Shown: positions 38,942 through 50,389, counted from the stretch's first letter. The stretch: 64,000 nt of DNA from an uncultured Acidobacteriota bacterium (GCA_963720005.1 CAVREM010000048.1:269093-333092), one strand, 5' to 3'. A program made the numbers and translations. Notes: generated by a model not told the origin, from the sequence alone.

Positions 38942-39943
38942 ATGCGGGCGCGCCTGGTGACCGCCGTGATCCTTGCAGCCGCCTCAGCCTCGCTGACGGC
39001 CCAGACCGTCGGCTCCGCTCGGGCCGGGGCGCCCTCCCGCCAACCCGACCTCAAGACCGTCCTCGCCCGAGCCGCCGCCTACGTCGAGGAGTTCCGCGAG
39101 AGGTTGTCTGGAATCGTCGCCGAAGAGACCTACCGCCAGCAGGAGATCCCCGGCGAGCGCCGGGAACTGCGATCGGATCTCCTGCTGGTCCGATCGGAAA
39201 CGTTCCCGCGGTGGCTGCATTTTCGCGACACATTCGAGGTCGACGGGCAGCCAGTCCGGGACCGCGAGGAACGGCTGACGCACCTGTTTTTCGAGCCTGC
39301 GACGGCGCTGGAGCGGGCGAAGCGGATCGCCACCGAAAGCAGCCGATACAACATCGGCCCGGTCGAGCGGACGATCAACGTGCCGCTCATGCCGCTGGTG
39401 TTTCTCGAGCGAAACGTGCAGCCGCGATTCCGTTTCTCCCGCAGGGCCGACAACGAGCGACCTGCCGTCCCCGAGCACCACGCCGCACATTTCCGTGTAT
39501 CCACAGAAGTGTGGGTGGTCCACTTCGAGGAGCGCGAGCGTCCGACGATCGTTCGCGATTCGAAGAATCTCCGCGATGTGCCGAGCCGAGGGCCGATTCT
39601 GGATCGAACCTACCAGCGGACGCGTACTGATGAGCGAGACGCGGGCGAATCATCCGTCGCTCCGTGCCGACATTGCAGTCAACTATCAATCGGAGCCTCT
39701 CCTCGGCCTCCTCGTACCGGTCGCGATGTACGAGCGATACGAGAATACGCTGCCGGCGCAGCGTCTCCACCGAGCCAACGCTGGCGTCGCATCGAGGCCA
39801 TCGCAACATACGGTAAGTTCCGCCAGTTTCAGGTCCACGTCGAGCAGGATGTCGATCTTCCACGATCTCCAATCGACCAACCTTTGACGGGCCCACCCGC
39901 GGCCGTCGAACGTCCGAACGACGAACGCCCGAACGACAGATAG
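38942..39943 (+). CDS. secreted hypothetical protein; frame breaks between 39590 and 39790
   Basis: Has a signal peptide. ORF 38942.. is interrupted by a segment that reads better in ORF 39495.. (RGRFWIEPTSGRVLMSETRANHPSLRADIAVNYQSEPLLGLLVPVAMYERYEN), then the frame returns. Confidence 0.4.
   Translation: MRARLVTAVILAAASASLTAQTVGSARAGAPSRQPDLKTVLARAAAYVEEFRERLSGIVAEETYRQQEIPGERRELRSDLLLVRSETFPRWLHFRDTFEVDGQPVRDREERLTHLFFEPATALERAKRIATESSRYNIGPVERTINVPLMPLVFLERNVQPRFRFSRRADNERPAVPEHHAAHFRVSTEVWVVHFEERERPTIVRDSKNLRDVPSRGPILDRTYQRTRTDERDAGESSVAPCRHCSQLSIGASPRPPRTGRDVRAIREYAAGAASPPSQRWRRIEAIATYGKFRQFQVHVEQDVDLPRSPIDQPLTGPPAAVERPNDERPNDR
39905..39939. repeat. GAACGAC-word array (single orientation) at the 3' end of ORF 38942..39943
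   Basis: GTCGAACGTCCGAACGACGAACGCCCGAACGACAG. Translated it reads VERPNDERPNDR-stop. Confidence 0.75.
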
Positions 39944-39950
39944 GAGACCT

Positions 39951-40773
39951 ATGCCTGCCCGACCGACGTGGAGGGGATACCTGAAAATCAGCCTGGTCAA
40001 CATCCCGATCAAGGTGTTCCCGGCGACCGACGCCGCAGCCACCCTCAGCTTCAACCAGCTTCACGCCGAGTGCCAGACGCGCATTCAACAGAAACGCTGG
40101 TGCCCGCACTGCGAGCGCGAAGTCCCGAACACGGACCTGGTCAAGGGGTACGAGTTCGAGAAAGGCCGCTACGTCATCGTCGAGGAAGAGGACATCGAGA
40201 AGGTCCGTGTCGAGTCGACCCGGGTCATCAACCTCGAGAAGTTCACCGACGACACGGCGATCGACCCGATCTATCTCGAGCGGCCGTACTACCTGGCGCC
40301 GGACGGACCGGTCGCGAAGGAGGCGTTCGCCGTGATCCGCGAGGGGATGAAGGGCAAGGCCGGCATCGGCAAGGTGGCGCTGTACGGGCGGGAGTATCTG
40401 ATCAAGGTCCAGCCGCGCGAACAGGGGCTGATCATGTACACGCTGCGGCACGCCAACGAGATCCGCAGCATGGACGCGATCGACGAGCTTGCCGACATGC
40501 CGGCGGCGGTCAAGCCCGACGAAGTGCGGCTTGCCGAACAGGTGATCGGGACGTTTGACGGCGAGCTCGACTTCGAGTCGTACCGCGACGAGTACCAGGT
40601 CGGCCTGCGCGAGATCATCGACGCCAAGATCGAGGGGCGCGAGATCGTCGCGCCGGAAGTGGAGGCGCCGCCCAAGGTCGTCAATCTCATGGACGCGCTG
40701 CGCAAGAGCCTGACGACCATCGAAGCCGACGAAGAAGAAGACGCCGGCCGCGCGATCCAGAAAGGCTGGATAG
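39951..40773 (+). CDS. ku: non-homologous end joining protein Ku; +1 frame break near 40712
   Basis: RPTWRGYLKISLVNIPIKVFPAT, KGYEFEKGRYV and LERPYYLAPDG motifs are present. After one extra base the tail reads PSKPTKKKTPAARSRKAG-stop, the Lys-rich tail typical of Ku. Confidence 0.9.
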
Positions 40774-41499
40774 CTAGAATCCCATGTTCCGGATATCGTT
40801 CTTCAATCCGGGGTTGACGCGGAACCCGGCTTGTTCGGCCGCTCTCACGGCTGCCTCCGCCTCCGTCTTCCGGCCGGTCATCATGTACACGACCGCCAGG
40901 TTGTTGTACGCCTCACCGAGCTTGCGGTTCGCCTCGACGGCGGCCTTCCACTCAATCTCGGCGTCGGCCAGCTTCTCTTGACGGAAGTAGGCAGAGCCGA
41001 GCGCAAGCATGACCTCGCCAGGCACTACCGCCTGCTCGTGGCGATCGCGACCGTCCATGGCTTCGAGCGTACGGAGCCGATCCTCCAATTGGACGGCGTA
41101 TGGGCCGGTCGCCCCTCTCGCGAGGTGGAGCCGGGCGAGCGATGTCTTGATTTCGCCGATCTCGTCGCGTCTCGCGCGATCGCGCTGGTCGCGCTCCTTC
41201 TGGGAGCGGGTGGCGAGACTTTGAAAGGCTTCACGAGAGCCCTGGTAGGCAGCGACAGCCGCGACGAACCGCTTCTGCGCCATCCGGCACTGCCCGAGGT
41301 TGTAATGCGCCAGAGCCATCAGCGGATCGATCTCGATTGCGGCTCGGAACTGCGACGCGCCCTCTTCCCACCGTTCGGCCCGCATCAGCAGGACGCCCTC
41401 TTTGTAGTGGCGTTCCGCCAGCCTCACGTCGACCGCTGGCGGTTGAGCCGCCGTAGAGCTCATGATCACGAACGCAACGACCGAAGCTGCTCCCGTCAT
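40774..41499 (-). CDS. tetratricopeptide repeat protein, secreted
   Basis: Intact 241-aa ORF with a signal peptide and several TPR-like A/Y/N-rich helical repeats (ALAHYNLGQC, AYNNLAVVYM). Confidence 0.75.
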   Translation of the reverse strand: MTGAASVVAFVIMSSTAAQPPAVDVRLAERHYKEGVLLMRAERWEEGASQFRAAIEIDPLMALAHYNLGQCRMAQKRFVAAVAAYQGSREAFQSLATRSQKERDQRDRARRDEIGEIKTSLARLHLARGATGPYAVQLEDRLRTLEAMDGRDRHEQAVVPGEVMLALGSAYFRQEKLADAEIEWKAAVEANRKLGEAYNNLAVVYMMTGRKTEAEAAVRAAEQAGFRVNPGLKNDIRNMGF

Positions 41500-41525
41500 C
41501 TTGACCTCCCGGCCGCCTGGGGGCG

Positions 41526-43613
41526 CTACTGGCGGTCGATTGTCAAAAGTTCAACATCCTCCAGGGTGCGCTTCGTCACTTCGTCGCGCAGGACCATGCG
41601 CAGTTCGTGGGCGCCCACCGCGTCGGCAGGCACGGTGATCGCGATCGTCACGGTACCGGGCCGCAACTGGCCGGGGGGACCGGCTAGCACTTCGGCGCCG
41701 TCCGCCACTCGGCGCAGGCTGTAAGCCAGCGTCACTCGCGGCCCCCCTGCGGCACTGTCAATCCCCGCCCCGATGACGTCGAATGCGCAGAACAGCCGCG
41801 CGCCCGCCCTGAACGTCCGCCGCGCGATCGGCACCGGCCGACCGGGCTGACCCGGCGCCGCGGATTGTAGCGTATCGGTCACGACAGGCGTCGTGATCCG
41901 CAGCCCGTCGGGCCATGGCACGTCGAACTCATGGCGGACGCTTCCGACCATGCCATTGGCGCGATCCCGTAGCAGAATCGTCGCGAAATAGCGGCCCGGC
42001 GCCAATGAGAACTCCCGCCTGATCGGCAGGCCCGTCCTCCGTGCCTGTTCGAATGCTTCCGCGGGCATGTCGAGCTCGACGAGCCGTTCGTCGCGCTGCA
42101 GCTCGCCCGTCTCGCGATGGCCGACGAGTACATACGACTCCAGGACACCGGTGTAGCGGCCGTCACGTGGCCGCAACTGAAGCGGAGCAGGATCGGCCTC
42201 CGCAACGAGCAGCGTCTGCACCTTGCCGTCGGAACCGGCACCGAATGCGTAGCTCGCAAGTCGGAGCGGAATGCCTGACACACCGAGCGGTGAATCGAGA
42301 CCGGCTCGCACTGCCGGAGCCAGCTTGTCGCCGGACGCCCGGCGTTGCGTCTCGGAAGCGGCGTAGTAACCTCCGCGGGCGCGCACGTCCACGCCGGAAC
42401 GGTTCACGCCAACCTCGATTTTGCGAAACGCGCCGTCGCGGCGTGTATTCGTCGAGCTGTAGCCCAGGAGATAGTACGAACGGCCCTGGTCGGCAAGACG
42501 GGTCAGACCGGAGACGAGGTTCGTCCCGGTAATCGTGCTGCCGCCGGTGTCGGTGGCGATCGCCCGTGTTCCGTCCGCATCGCGGGATGCCAGCGCCAGT
42601 GACGTCGTCGCATCGCGGTCCTCGACCGCTCTTGCGGTGTCGGCGCCGCCGCCCGCCAGACCGGGCTGGCCGGGTAGTCCTTCCGGGCTTCGGACATCGA
42701 CGAAATGCACTGCCACGTTTGCGTTCCGTGCGGTTTGCACGAGCGTGCGGAAGCCGGGAAGGGTTGTGTCCGGAATGAAGCCTTCGGAGAAGAAGAACAG
42801 GCTTTTGCGGCCGCGCGCCGAGGCGAGCGCGGCGGAGATCCGGTCGAGCGCACCGAGCGAGGCCTGGATGCGCGTCTGTGCCTCTCGATAGGTCTGACGC
42901 GCCTTCGCCTGGATGAGGGCAATGCCGGGAGACACGTCGAGCTCACGGCGCAGCGTCGGATCGCCAGGGGCCGCGCCCGCCTCCGGAATGATGTCGTTCT
43001 CGAAGAACCGCCTCGCCACCTGAGCCAGCGCCTGGGGGTCGGTCTTGAGCGTAATCGCCATCGCCTCGTGGTCCCAGATGCGGTCGGGCGTGTTCTCCAT
43101 CCGTCGCGCGCCCTGCAGCTGCCGAACGCGCTCGAGCAATGCGTCGCGGTCCTGCGGCAGCTCCCCGGTCCAGCCGAACCCGCTCGACGACAGCGCGATC
43201 ATGACGCGGTCTCCTGGACGGAGCACGTGCTCGATGAACTGCGCAATCGTGTCACGCGCCCGCGGCGTCGCGAACTGCGTGACGTTCATGTCATCGAAGA
43301 CGATGAAGAACCACCGGCCGGCCGCATCAGGCCGTTGCTCGTTGGTCGATACGCGCATCCGCCCCTGCAGTGTCGGTGGCGACGGCGGCAGGGCGATCGC
43401 GTCGAATGCGGTCACCTGCTGACGCACGCCATCCTCCCGGACCGTGAAGTCTTCCGGCCTAAGGCCCTGGACAGGATTGCCGCTACGATCGAACACGACC
43501 GCGTCAACCGTGACGAGGTCGACGCGCGAAGGAAAGGTCGGCTGCTGCGCTCCTGATCCCGTTGCGGCCGCGAGGACGAGGATGATGGCGGTAAGCAGAG
43601 AGCGTATGCGCAT
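41526..43613 (-). CDS. VWA domain-containing protein (TIGR03436 acidobacterial VWFA-related type)
   Basis: Intact ORF. The start was chosen at MRIRSLLTAIILVLAAATGSGAQQPTF, just after a terminator. It has the N-terminal VDLVTVDAVV..G.PV.GL..EDF.V.EDG motif and a VWA core. Confidence 0.8.
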   Translation of the reverse strand: MRIRSLLTAIILVLAAATGSGAQQPTFPSRVDLVTVDAVVFDRSGNPVQGLRPEDFTVREDGVRQQVTAFDAIALPPSPPTLQGRMRVSTNEQRPDAAGRWFFIVFDDMNVTQFATPRARDTIAQFIEHVLRPGDRVMIALSSSGFGWTGELPQDRDALLERVRQLQGARRMENTPDRIWDHEAMAITLKTDPQALAQVARRFFENDIIPEAGAAPGDPTLRRELDVSPGIALIQAKARQTYREAQTRIQASLGALDRISAALASARGRKSLFFFSEGFIPDTTLPGFRTLVQTARNANVAVHFVDVRSPEGLPGQPGLAGGGADTARAVEDRDATTSLALASRDADGTRAIATDTGGSTITGTNLVSGLTRLADQGRSYYLLGYSSTNTRRDGAFRKIEVGVNRSGVDVRARGGYYAASETQRRASGDKLAPAVRAGLDSPLGVSGIPLRLASYAFGAGSDGKVQTLLVAEADPAPLQLRPRDGRYTGVLESYVLVGHRETGELQRDERLVELDMPAEAFEQARRTGLPIRREFSLAPGRYFATILLRDRANGMVGSVRHEFDVPWPDGLRITTPVVTDTLQSAAPGQPGRPVPIARRTFRAGARLFCAFDVIGAGIDSAAGGPRVTLAYSLRRVADGAEVLAGPPGQLRPGTVTIAITVPADAVGAHELRMVLRDEVTKRTLEDVELLTIDRQ

Positions 43614-43621
43614 AAAGGAAA

Positions 43622-43645
43622 AGGGGGCGGATTGCTCCGCCCCCT
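43622..43645 (-). terminator. rho-independent terminator between the receptor gene and the VWA gene
   Basis: On the minus strand: GGGGGCGG-AGCAAT-CCGCCCCC followed by TTTTCCTTT, then the VWA ATG. Confidence 0.6.
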
Positions 43646-43679
43646 TCACTATCCGCCTCCCTCTGGAGCCGGTCAAGAG

Positions 43680-46600
43680 CTACCAGTCGAACCGCGCACC
43701 GAACCGGATCGAAAGCGGGGCCTGAAACGAGCTCGTGGACGAGCCGCCGCCTAGCGTCGGCTGTCCGAAGTTCGGGTTCACCGCACCGAACGTGATTTCG
43801 GACCAATTGTCGTAGTTCAGCGCCGCCCGGCGGTTGAACAGGTTGAAGACATCCGCCAGCACGGTCACGCGCTGCGCGCGCCGAGCTCGAAGCGGTAATC
43901 GGCGTGCAGGTCGACGCCCAACTCTACAGGAGTCCGCTCCTTGAAGCCATCGACGGTCTCGATGCCCTCGCCGCGCACCGTCAAGGGAATTTCGCCCGGC
44001 GTTCGCGTACGCCGGATTTCCGGCCAGCGCGGTCAGAGAGGTGCCCGAGATGGCGTTGAAGCCGAAGCCGAGGTTGAAGTGTCCAAGATGTAGTTGCCGT
44101 ACAGCTTCAACTGGTGCGGCCGATCGTTCGGCAGCACGCCGGTGCCGAGCGAGTCGCCCTGGTAGCGGATATCGCCGCGAGCCGCCGTGAAGTCCCGATC
44201 TGAGTGTAGGTCGGGTCGTTGGTCGGGAAGTCGAAGAGCGAGGTGATCGCCGGATCGGACTGGCCGTTGTCCGACCGGAAGAATCCCTCGAAGTTGCCTT
44301 CGAGCTGGCTGAACCGGTACGACGCGATCGCCGCACCAGTTGCCCGCCAACCGCCTGTTCAACGTGAGCTCGAACGCGTTGTACATATGCGTGGGGTCCT
44401 CGAACGAGCTCGGCAGGACACCGCCGCACGACACGGTCGGAACATCCGCGTTGACGTTCAGAATCGCGTATTCGACCGATGCAGCGCCGCACGCACCGCT
44501 GGCGAACGGCTCGAAGTAGCCGACCAGCGGCAGATCGGAGATGTCCTCCAGGATCTGCGGCATGTTCCTCCGGATGAACCGGAAGGCGAGGTTCGTCGAA
44601 TTCAGCACGTCGAACTCCACGCCGGCGAGGATCTCGTTCTTGTAGGTGGAGCCGGAATCAGGATCGATTGGCGCCGCGTGGAGTCCGGCCTGTTGAAAAT
44701 GCGTAAGCCCGCCGGCGAACAACGTGCCGTTGGCCACCGGTTGCGTCAGCGCTGCGTCTCTGTAGTCCTGCCGCGTGATGCCCGCGTCGGCCGACATCGA
44801 GCGCGCCGCGAGATCGTTGGGAATCTTCGCGTAGAAGCGGCCATACGATGCAAACAGTTTCGCCCGGCCGTCGCCCCTCAGATCGAAGGCCACGCCGAGC
44901 CGTGGGGCCAGGTTGTTCCACGCGAACGAACACCGGATCGCCGGTCCGGTGCCGTCACCCTGGCCGGGCCGCGTGTCGCCCTCGAAGCAGAGATCCGGAT
45001 TGTCGCCGACGGGATCGACACCGCTCAAGTTCTGACGCTCATACCGAATACCAGGCCGTATCGTCAGCCTGCCCGCCTGCCAGGTGTCTTGCAGGAAGAA
45101 GCTGAAGGCCTCCTGGTTGGTCACGTCGGTTGGAACGAGCTTGCCGCGAGTCGAACGGTGGAACGGTTCTCGCTGCATCGGTGCCGAGGCGAATCTGAAT
45201 CGGCCCGCCGGTCACCGTCGACCCACCGGTCGAGAGGAGAAGGTTCGGACCGCTATAGTCGAAGTCACGCGTGAACTCGATGTTTTCCAGCCCGACACCA
45301 TACCTGACTTGGTGATCGCCGGCGCCGCTCAGAATGTGCGTGGACTTGACGCCGTACTGGAAGTTGCTCCCTTTGTCACGCTCGTAGCTGCCGAGCCCGC
45401 CGCTGCGCCCGTTCGGCGTGAACCGCAGGTCCTGGTAGAACCAATCGTCGACGGTCGCAATCTCGTTGAACTTGTTGGACGAGCTCGCCAGGTTCGCTTC
45501 GACGAGCCAGCTCGCTCCGACAATGCCGTCGTATCGAAGCGTCTGATTGTGTCCACCGTACTCCAGCTCGCTGGAGCCACCGTCGATTGACGTCGTTCCC
45601 GGGGCGTCGGCGTACGCGATGCGGCGAAGCTCCGAATAGCGCTGCAGGCCGCTCTCACCCTTTGATGGATCGCCAAACAGCGAGACATCGAAGCGGTGAT
45701 TTCCGCTCACATTTGCGCTCAGCTTGCCGGCATACGACTGGATCGTCCGTTTGCGGTCGACAACCCCGAGACTGGCGTACCGGGAAGCCAGGCGGCGCGG
45801 TGAAGCCGCGCTGCTGCCACTGCGGGTTGTAGGTGCCGAAGAAGAAGAGTCGATTCTCCACAATCGGACCGCCGACGGAGATGCCGATGTCGGAATCATC
45901 GACGCTGGCGGTGTTGACAGTTGCCATTCGGAGTGGTCAGCTCCTTCCACGACGCTTCGAGCGCCGACGGTCTTGTATAGCCGAACAGGCCGCCGGAGAA
46001 CTGGTTGCCGCCGCTCTTCGTGATGACGTTGACGACGCCGCCGGTGGTCTGGCCGAATTCCGCCTCGAAGCCGCCGGTCTTGATTTCGGTTTCCTTGATG
46101 AAGTCGCTCGTCACTCCAGCGCCCAGCGAGCCGAAGATCGAGTTATACGCACCAAAGCCGCCGAAGCCTGTGTCGGTGATGTTGACGCCATCGATCACAT
46201 AAATGTTCTCGAGGCCGCTGGCGCCATTGATGGACGGATTCGCGTTGCCGCCGGCCAGGTTGATGCCGGCGCTCATCGTGACGCCCGGGACCCGTCCAGT
46301 GTGGACGCGAGCGAGCGACCGACTGGAAGGTGCTGGAGCGTCTCGCTGTCGAGGACGTTCCCCGCGGTGGTATTGGTGATGTCGATCGCGGTGGCCCCGG
46401 CCGTCACCTGAACCGTCTCCGCAATCCCACCGGTCTCCAGCGCGAGGTTCAACTCACGACGTGTGCCGAGCTGGACGCTTAGGTCCCTTTGCTCGGCGGC
46501 TTTGAAGCCTGAGAGCTCCGCGCGGACTGAATACGATCCGGGCACCAGCAGCGGCGCATAGAAGCGACCGTCGTTGTCAGTCACCATTGTGCGGGCACCT

Positions 46601-46755
46601 TGAGCGCCGGTGATCGTGATCGTCGCGCCCGGCACTGGCAGGCCCTGCGGATCGACGACGCGGCCGCTGATCGACCCGGTCGTCTCCTGCGCAGCGGCAG
46701 CGCCCGTCAGCGCCAGCGCGAATACGAGAAGAAGAGTCCCCATGCGTGCGAACAT
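43680..46755 (-). CDS. TonB-dependent receptor-like outer-membrane protein with carboxypeptidase regulatory-like N-terminus; many frame breaks
   Basis: Signal peptide MFARMGTLLLVFALALTGAAAAQ, then ISGRVVDPQGLPVPGATITI. Plug motifs are VIDGVNITD and GVVNVITKSGGNQF. The C-terminus is SIRFGARFDW. The pieces are spread over at least six ORFs. Confidence 0.8.
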
Positions 46756-46964
46756 CAGTTCTCTCTCCTTTGAAGAGTGGCCCGTTGCACGGACATAGCG
46801 CCCGGCCCAATGTTGACCGGTTGTTCTATAACGAATCCCACCGCTTTCGCAATCTTTTAATGATCGCGCAATACTAAAGTTCCGCGGCAAGCACCTCACG
46901 TGCCCTTTTGCACAATTTCAGTCAAATCTGAGTCTGAATTCAAACATTTGGATGACTTGCCGAC

Positions 46965-47265
46965 TTCCGCGCAGGCGATCGACGAGCATGCCGGCATGCC
47001 GGCGGCGGTGAAGCCCGATGAAGGCCGGCTTGCCGAACAGGTGATCGGAACGTTTGCCGGGGAGCTCGACTTCGAGTCGGTCCGCAACGACTACCAGGTC
47101 GGCCTGGGGGAGATCATCGACGCCAAGTTCGAGGGGCGCGAAATCACTGCGCCGGAGGTTGAGGCACCACCCAAGGTCGTTAATCTCATGGACGCGCTGC
47201 GGCAAAGCCTGGACAGAGCATCAGCACCACGGCGTTGCGATCCAACAGGTTGGATCAAAGACTCT
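46965..47265 (+). pseudogene. diverged partial copy of the 3' end of ku (C-terminal roughly 85 codons plus downstream nt)
   Basis: ORF 46900..47337 contains MPAAVKPDEGRLAEQVIGTFAGELDFESVRNDYQVGLGEIIDAKFEGREITAPEVEAPPKVVNLMDALRQSL, collinear with Ku residues encoded at 40475..40775. A hand count over the core gives about 87% nt identity. Confidence 0.7.
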
Positions 47266-47562
47266 AATCTTTTGGATAATCAGGGCTTCTGGATTTCAGG
47301 TATTTTCGAACAAACGGTCAAAAACCTTGAAAAGTGAGGATACATTCCCCAACAAATTGCCTATGATTCGCTGGCATTACGCGTGCTCTAGCGATGCTGA
47401 ACAACTGTTCAACAAGAAGAAAGGAAACCGCAAACAATGAGACGAAAAAGCCTTGCTCGTCGCGCTGCTGGCCGTCATCCTCGGCAGCCGTCCGCGCCAT
47501 TCCAGAGGATGAGATTGATCTTCGGGAAGCATCCACCAGGTCGTGCGTTTGAGGAGAAACCT

Positions 47563-50367
47563 ATGATGAAGGCTTTCGGCGGCATCGGTCTCGTGCTCAC
47601 TCTCATGTTCGTCCCGGCATTGACCGCGGCCCAGACGGCCCAGGTCGGTGGGGTTTCCGGCGAAGTCACCGACGCGACCGGCGCGCGCCTGCCAGGCGCG
47701 ACGGTGACGCTGGTAAGCGTCGAACGGGGCGTGGCACGATCAACAGTCACCGACGGCGAAGGCGCATACCGCTTCTCGCTCGTCGCTCTCGGCACTTACA
47801 ACGTGAGCGTGGAGCTCTCCGGCTTCACAACGGTCCAGATTACAAACAATCTCGTCGAAGCGGAAAAAACCACCCACGTGATGGTGTCGCTGCAGGTGGC
47901 AAGTCTCACTGAAGCGACCACGGTCGTCGGCAGACTCCGATCGTCGATGCGGGCAATCAGACGCAGCAGGCCCGGCTCCGTGTCGAAGAGTTCGAAAAGA
48001 TGCCCTGGGCACGCAGCTACCTGAATCTGATCGCGGCGGCTCCCGGTGTTGTCGGCACGGCCAACGTCAACTCCCACGGCGCGCTCACCAACAGCAACCG
48101 TTCATGTTCGACGGCGTGAACACGACCGACCCGACAACCGGCACGTTCGGCAGCAACCTGAACTTCGAATCAGTCAGCCGAGGTGGTTGTTCGCACGCCG
48201 CCGTGTCGGCGGGAATCGGGCGATCGTCAGGGAGCGTCATCGACGTCATCACGAAGTCGGGCACGAACCGGTTTGCGGGATCGTTCAAGTACCTGGCAGA
48301 AAACGACAACTGGAACGCGCAGAACAACGATGTGAAAAGCGAAGTCGCGCCGTTCCCGTCGCTCGCCCGCACCAAATACGACAAGGTGAACTCGATTTAC
48401 TCGGGAACGTTGGGTGGTCCAATCATAACAGAGACCGCGCCTGGTTCTTCGTGAGCGTATGAAGACTCGGCGGAGGACGACTCCCGGAAGTCCAGCTGAA
48501 CGCGCGGCCGGGCATCACGCCCGAAACCTTCCAACAGGTGCCGAAGATCCCTCGTTCAATGCCCGTGGAACGGTCCAGCTGGGCCCCGCGCAGAACCTTG
48601 TGGGTGAAAGTCGTGCGAACGCCAACGAGCGGGATTCGTTCGAAACGACTACTGGGGGGGCGTCAATTTTTCCGGCAGAGCGCGAATCACTCACTGCCCA
48701 GGAACAGGGGGGGACGAGCGTCGCGGGACGGTCCATCGGCTGTGCTCAACCCCCGCTGGACGGCCGAGGCGATGGATGGCTTATGCGACGGGAGTTCATC
48801 GACGGTGCGTCCCCTACGAGCGAACCAACGTGGACAACGGGGCACCGTATCTCGACTTGAACGACAACCGTGTCTACAACGGCGCGACGTTCGACGGTTA
48901 TGTCAAGCGGCCACGCCTGCAGGCAACCGGCGCGCTCAACAACTACACCACGATCGGCGGCCGCACGCACAACTTCAAGCTCGGGCTGGACTGGCAGAGT
49001 GTGACGTCTGAGAACTCGTTCAAGTATCCCAACAGCCAGCTGTTCTACGGCCTCGGATTCGACCCGGTCGCCAGAAGTTTTGCGACTAACCAGTTCTCGA
49101 GAGGACTACGATGATGCGCCGTCGCAGTCGAACGGCGATCTGATCGCCATCTACGCGCGCGACAAGTTCGAGATCGGCACGCGTGTGAGCGCCGAGGCGG
49201 GCCTCCGTTACGAGCGGCAGGGCGGCACGAGCGATGTCGGCGTCGACACGGTGGCCACGAATACGATCGCCCCAAGACTTTCGGCGAGTTACGCGCTCAG
49301 CGACGACGGCAAAAGTCTGCTGGTCGCTTCCTACGGCCGTTATTATGATGCCGTGTTGCAGACGTTTTCAGATTCATTCGCGAGCGTCCCGCAGCAGGAG
49401 AACTACAGCACCTACATCTGGAACGGTTCGGCATACGTGTTCGACAGCACCACCGTATCGGCCGACAATCCGTTCAGGCCGAATACCGACGTCCGGCCCC
49501 GCAGCCTCGACGAGTTCACCGTCGGCTTCGACCAACAGGTCGGCCGTACAATCGGTGCCGGTGTTCGGTATATTCACCGGACCTGGGGCAACTTCATCGA
49601 CGACATCATCACGTTCAACCCCGACGGCACGCGCAATCGCCGCGCTGAGAACATCGATTCGGCCGAGCGCACCTACCGGGGGATCGAGTTCTCGGTGGAC
49701 AAGCGCTTCTCGAGTGCCTGGTCGGCGATGGGCAATTACACCTACTCGAGAACCCGCGGCAACCACTTCGACACCGGCGACAACTTCACGACGCTCGAGG
49801 ACTACTCGAAGTCGACCTGCCGTCAGACCGTGGATCCTGGCCTGTTTGGCGGCGGCACGTTCCCATGCAGCGAGATCTTTCCGAACCTGTACGGCAAGCC
49901 GATTTTCGATCGTCCGCACCTGATCAAGCTCAATGCGGCGTACAGTCCGCCCGGTGGGTCCGGTTAATCTCACAGCCGGCTTCGTCGGCACGGCGACGTC
50001 GAAGACGACGTATCAGAAGCAGCGCACGGTCAGCGTGGTCAGTCCGGTGACGGGCGGCAATTTCGCGAACTACACGTACTTCTACGAGCCGCGGGGGAGC
50101 CAGCGCGTGCCGGGACTGCTGGACGTCTACGACTTGTCGCTGGAAGGGACCTGGCGCGCGGGACCGAGGAGGGACCTCGGAATGAAGTTCGAGATCTTCA
50201 ACATTTTCAACAACGAAGAGAAGCTCAACGTGAGCAACCTGAATTGGTGCAACTCGACGTCAACGGCCGCCTGCGCGACGGCGGTCGCCAACTTCGGCAC
50301 GGCGACCGCTCGCGGGGCGTTCCAGGGACATCGGACGTTCCGACTGACGGCGCTGTTTCGGTTCTAA
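47563..50367 (+). CDS. TonB-dependent receptor-like outer-membrane protein with carboxypeptidase regulatory-like N-terminus; many frame breaks
   Basis: GAGGAG RBS, then MMKAFGGIGLVLTLMFVPALTAAQ and VSGEVTDATGARLPGATVTLV. Plug motifs are FMFDGVNTTDPTTG and VIDVITKSGTNRFAG. The C-terminus is FRLTALFRF. Confidence 0.8.
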
Positions 50368-50389
50368 AACAGGGCTGGTGGGGCGGGTG

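Noticed and set aside
40774-46964. Calling the segment between the ku repeats a mobile element or genomic island with defined ends.
   Set aside because: There is no integrase, transposase, tRNA target or terminal inverted repeat. Only the duplicated ku 3' sequence is visible. It is reported as a finding, not annotated as a mobile_element.
47437-47562. An upstream leader peptide or uORF (MRRKSL.LLVALLAVILGS...) in front of the second receptor gene.
   Set aside because: It needs a frame correction to look like a signal or leader peptide. It is in frame with the receptor ORF only by read-through of non-conserved sequence, and nothing supports it beyond a weak RBS.
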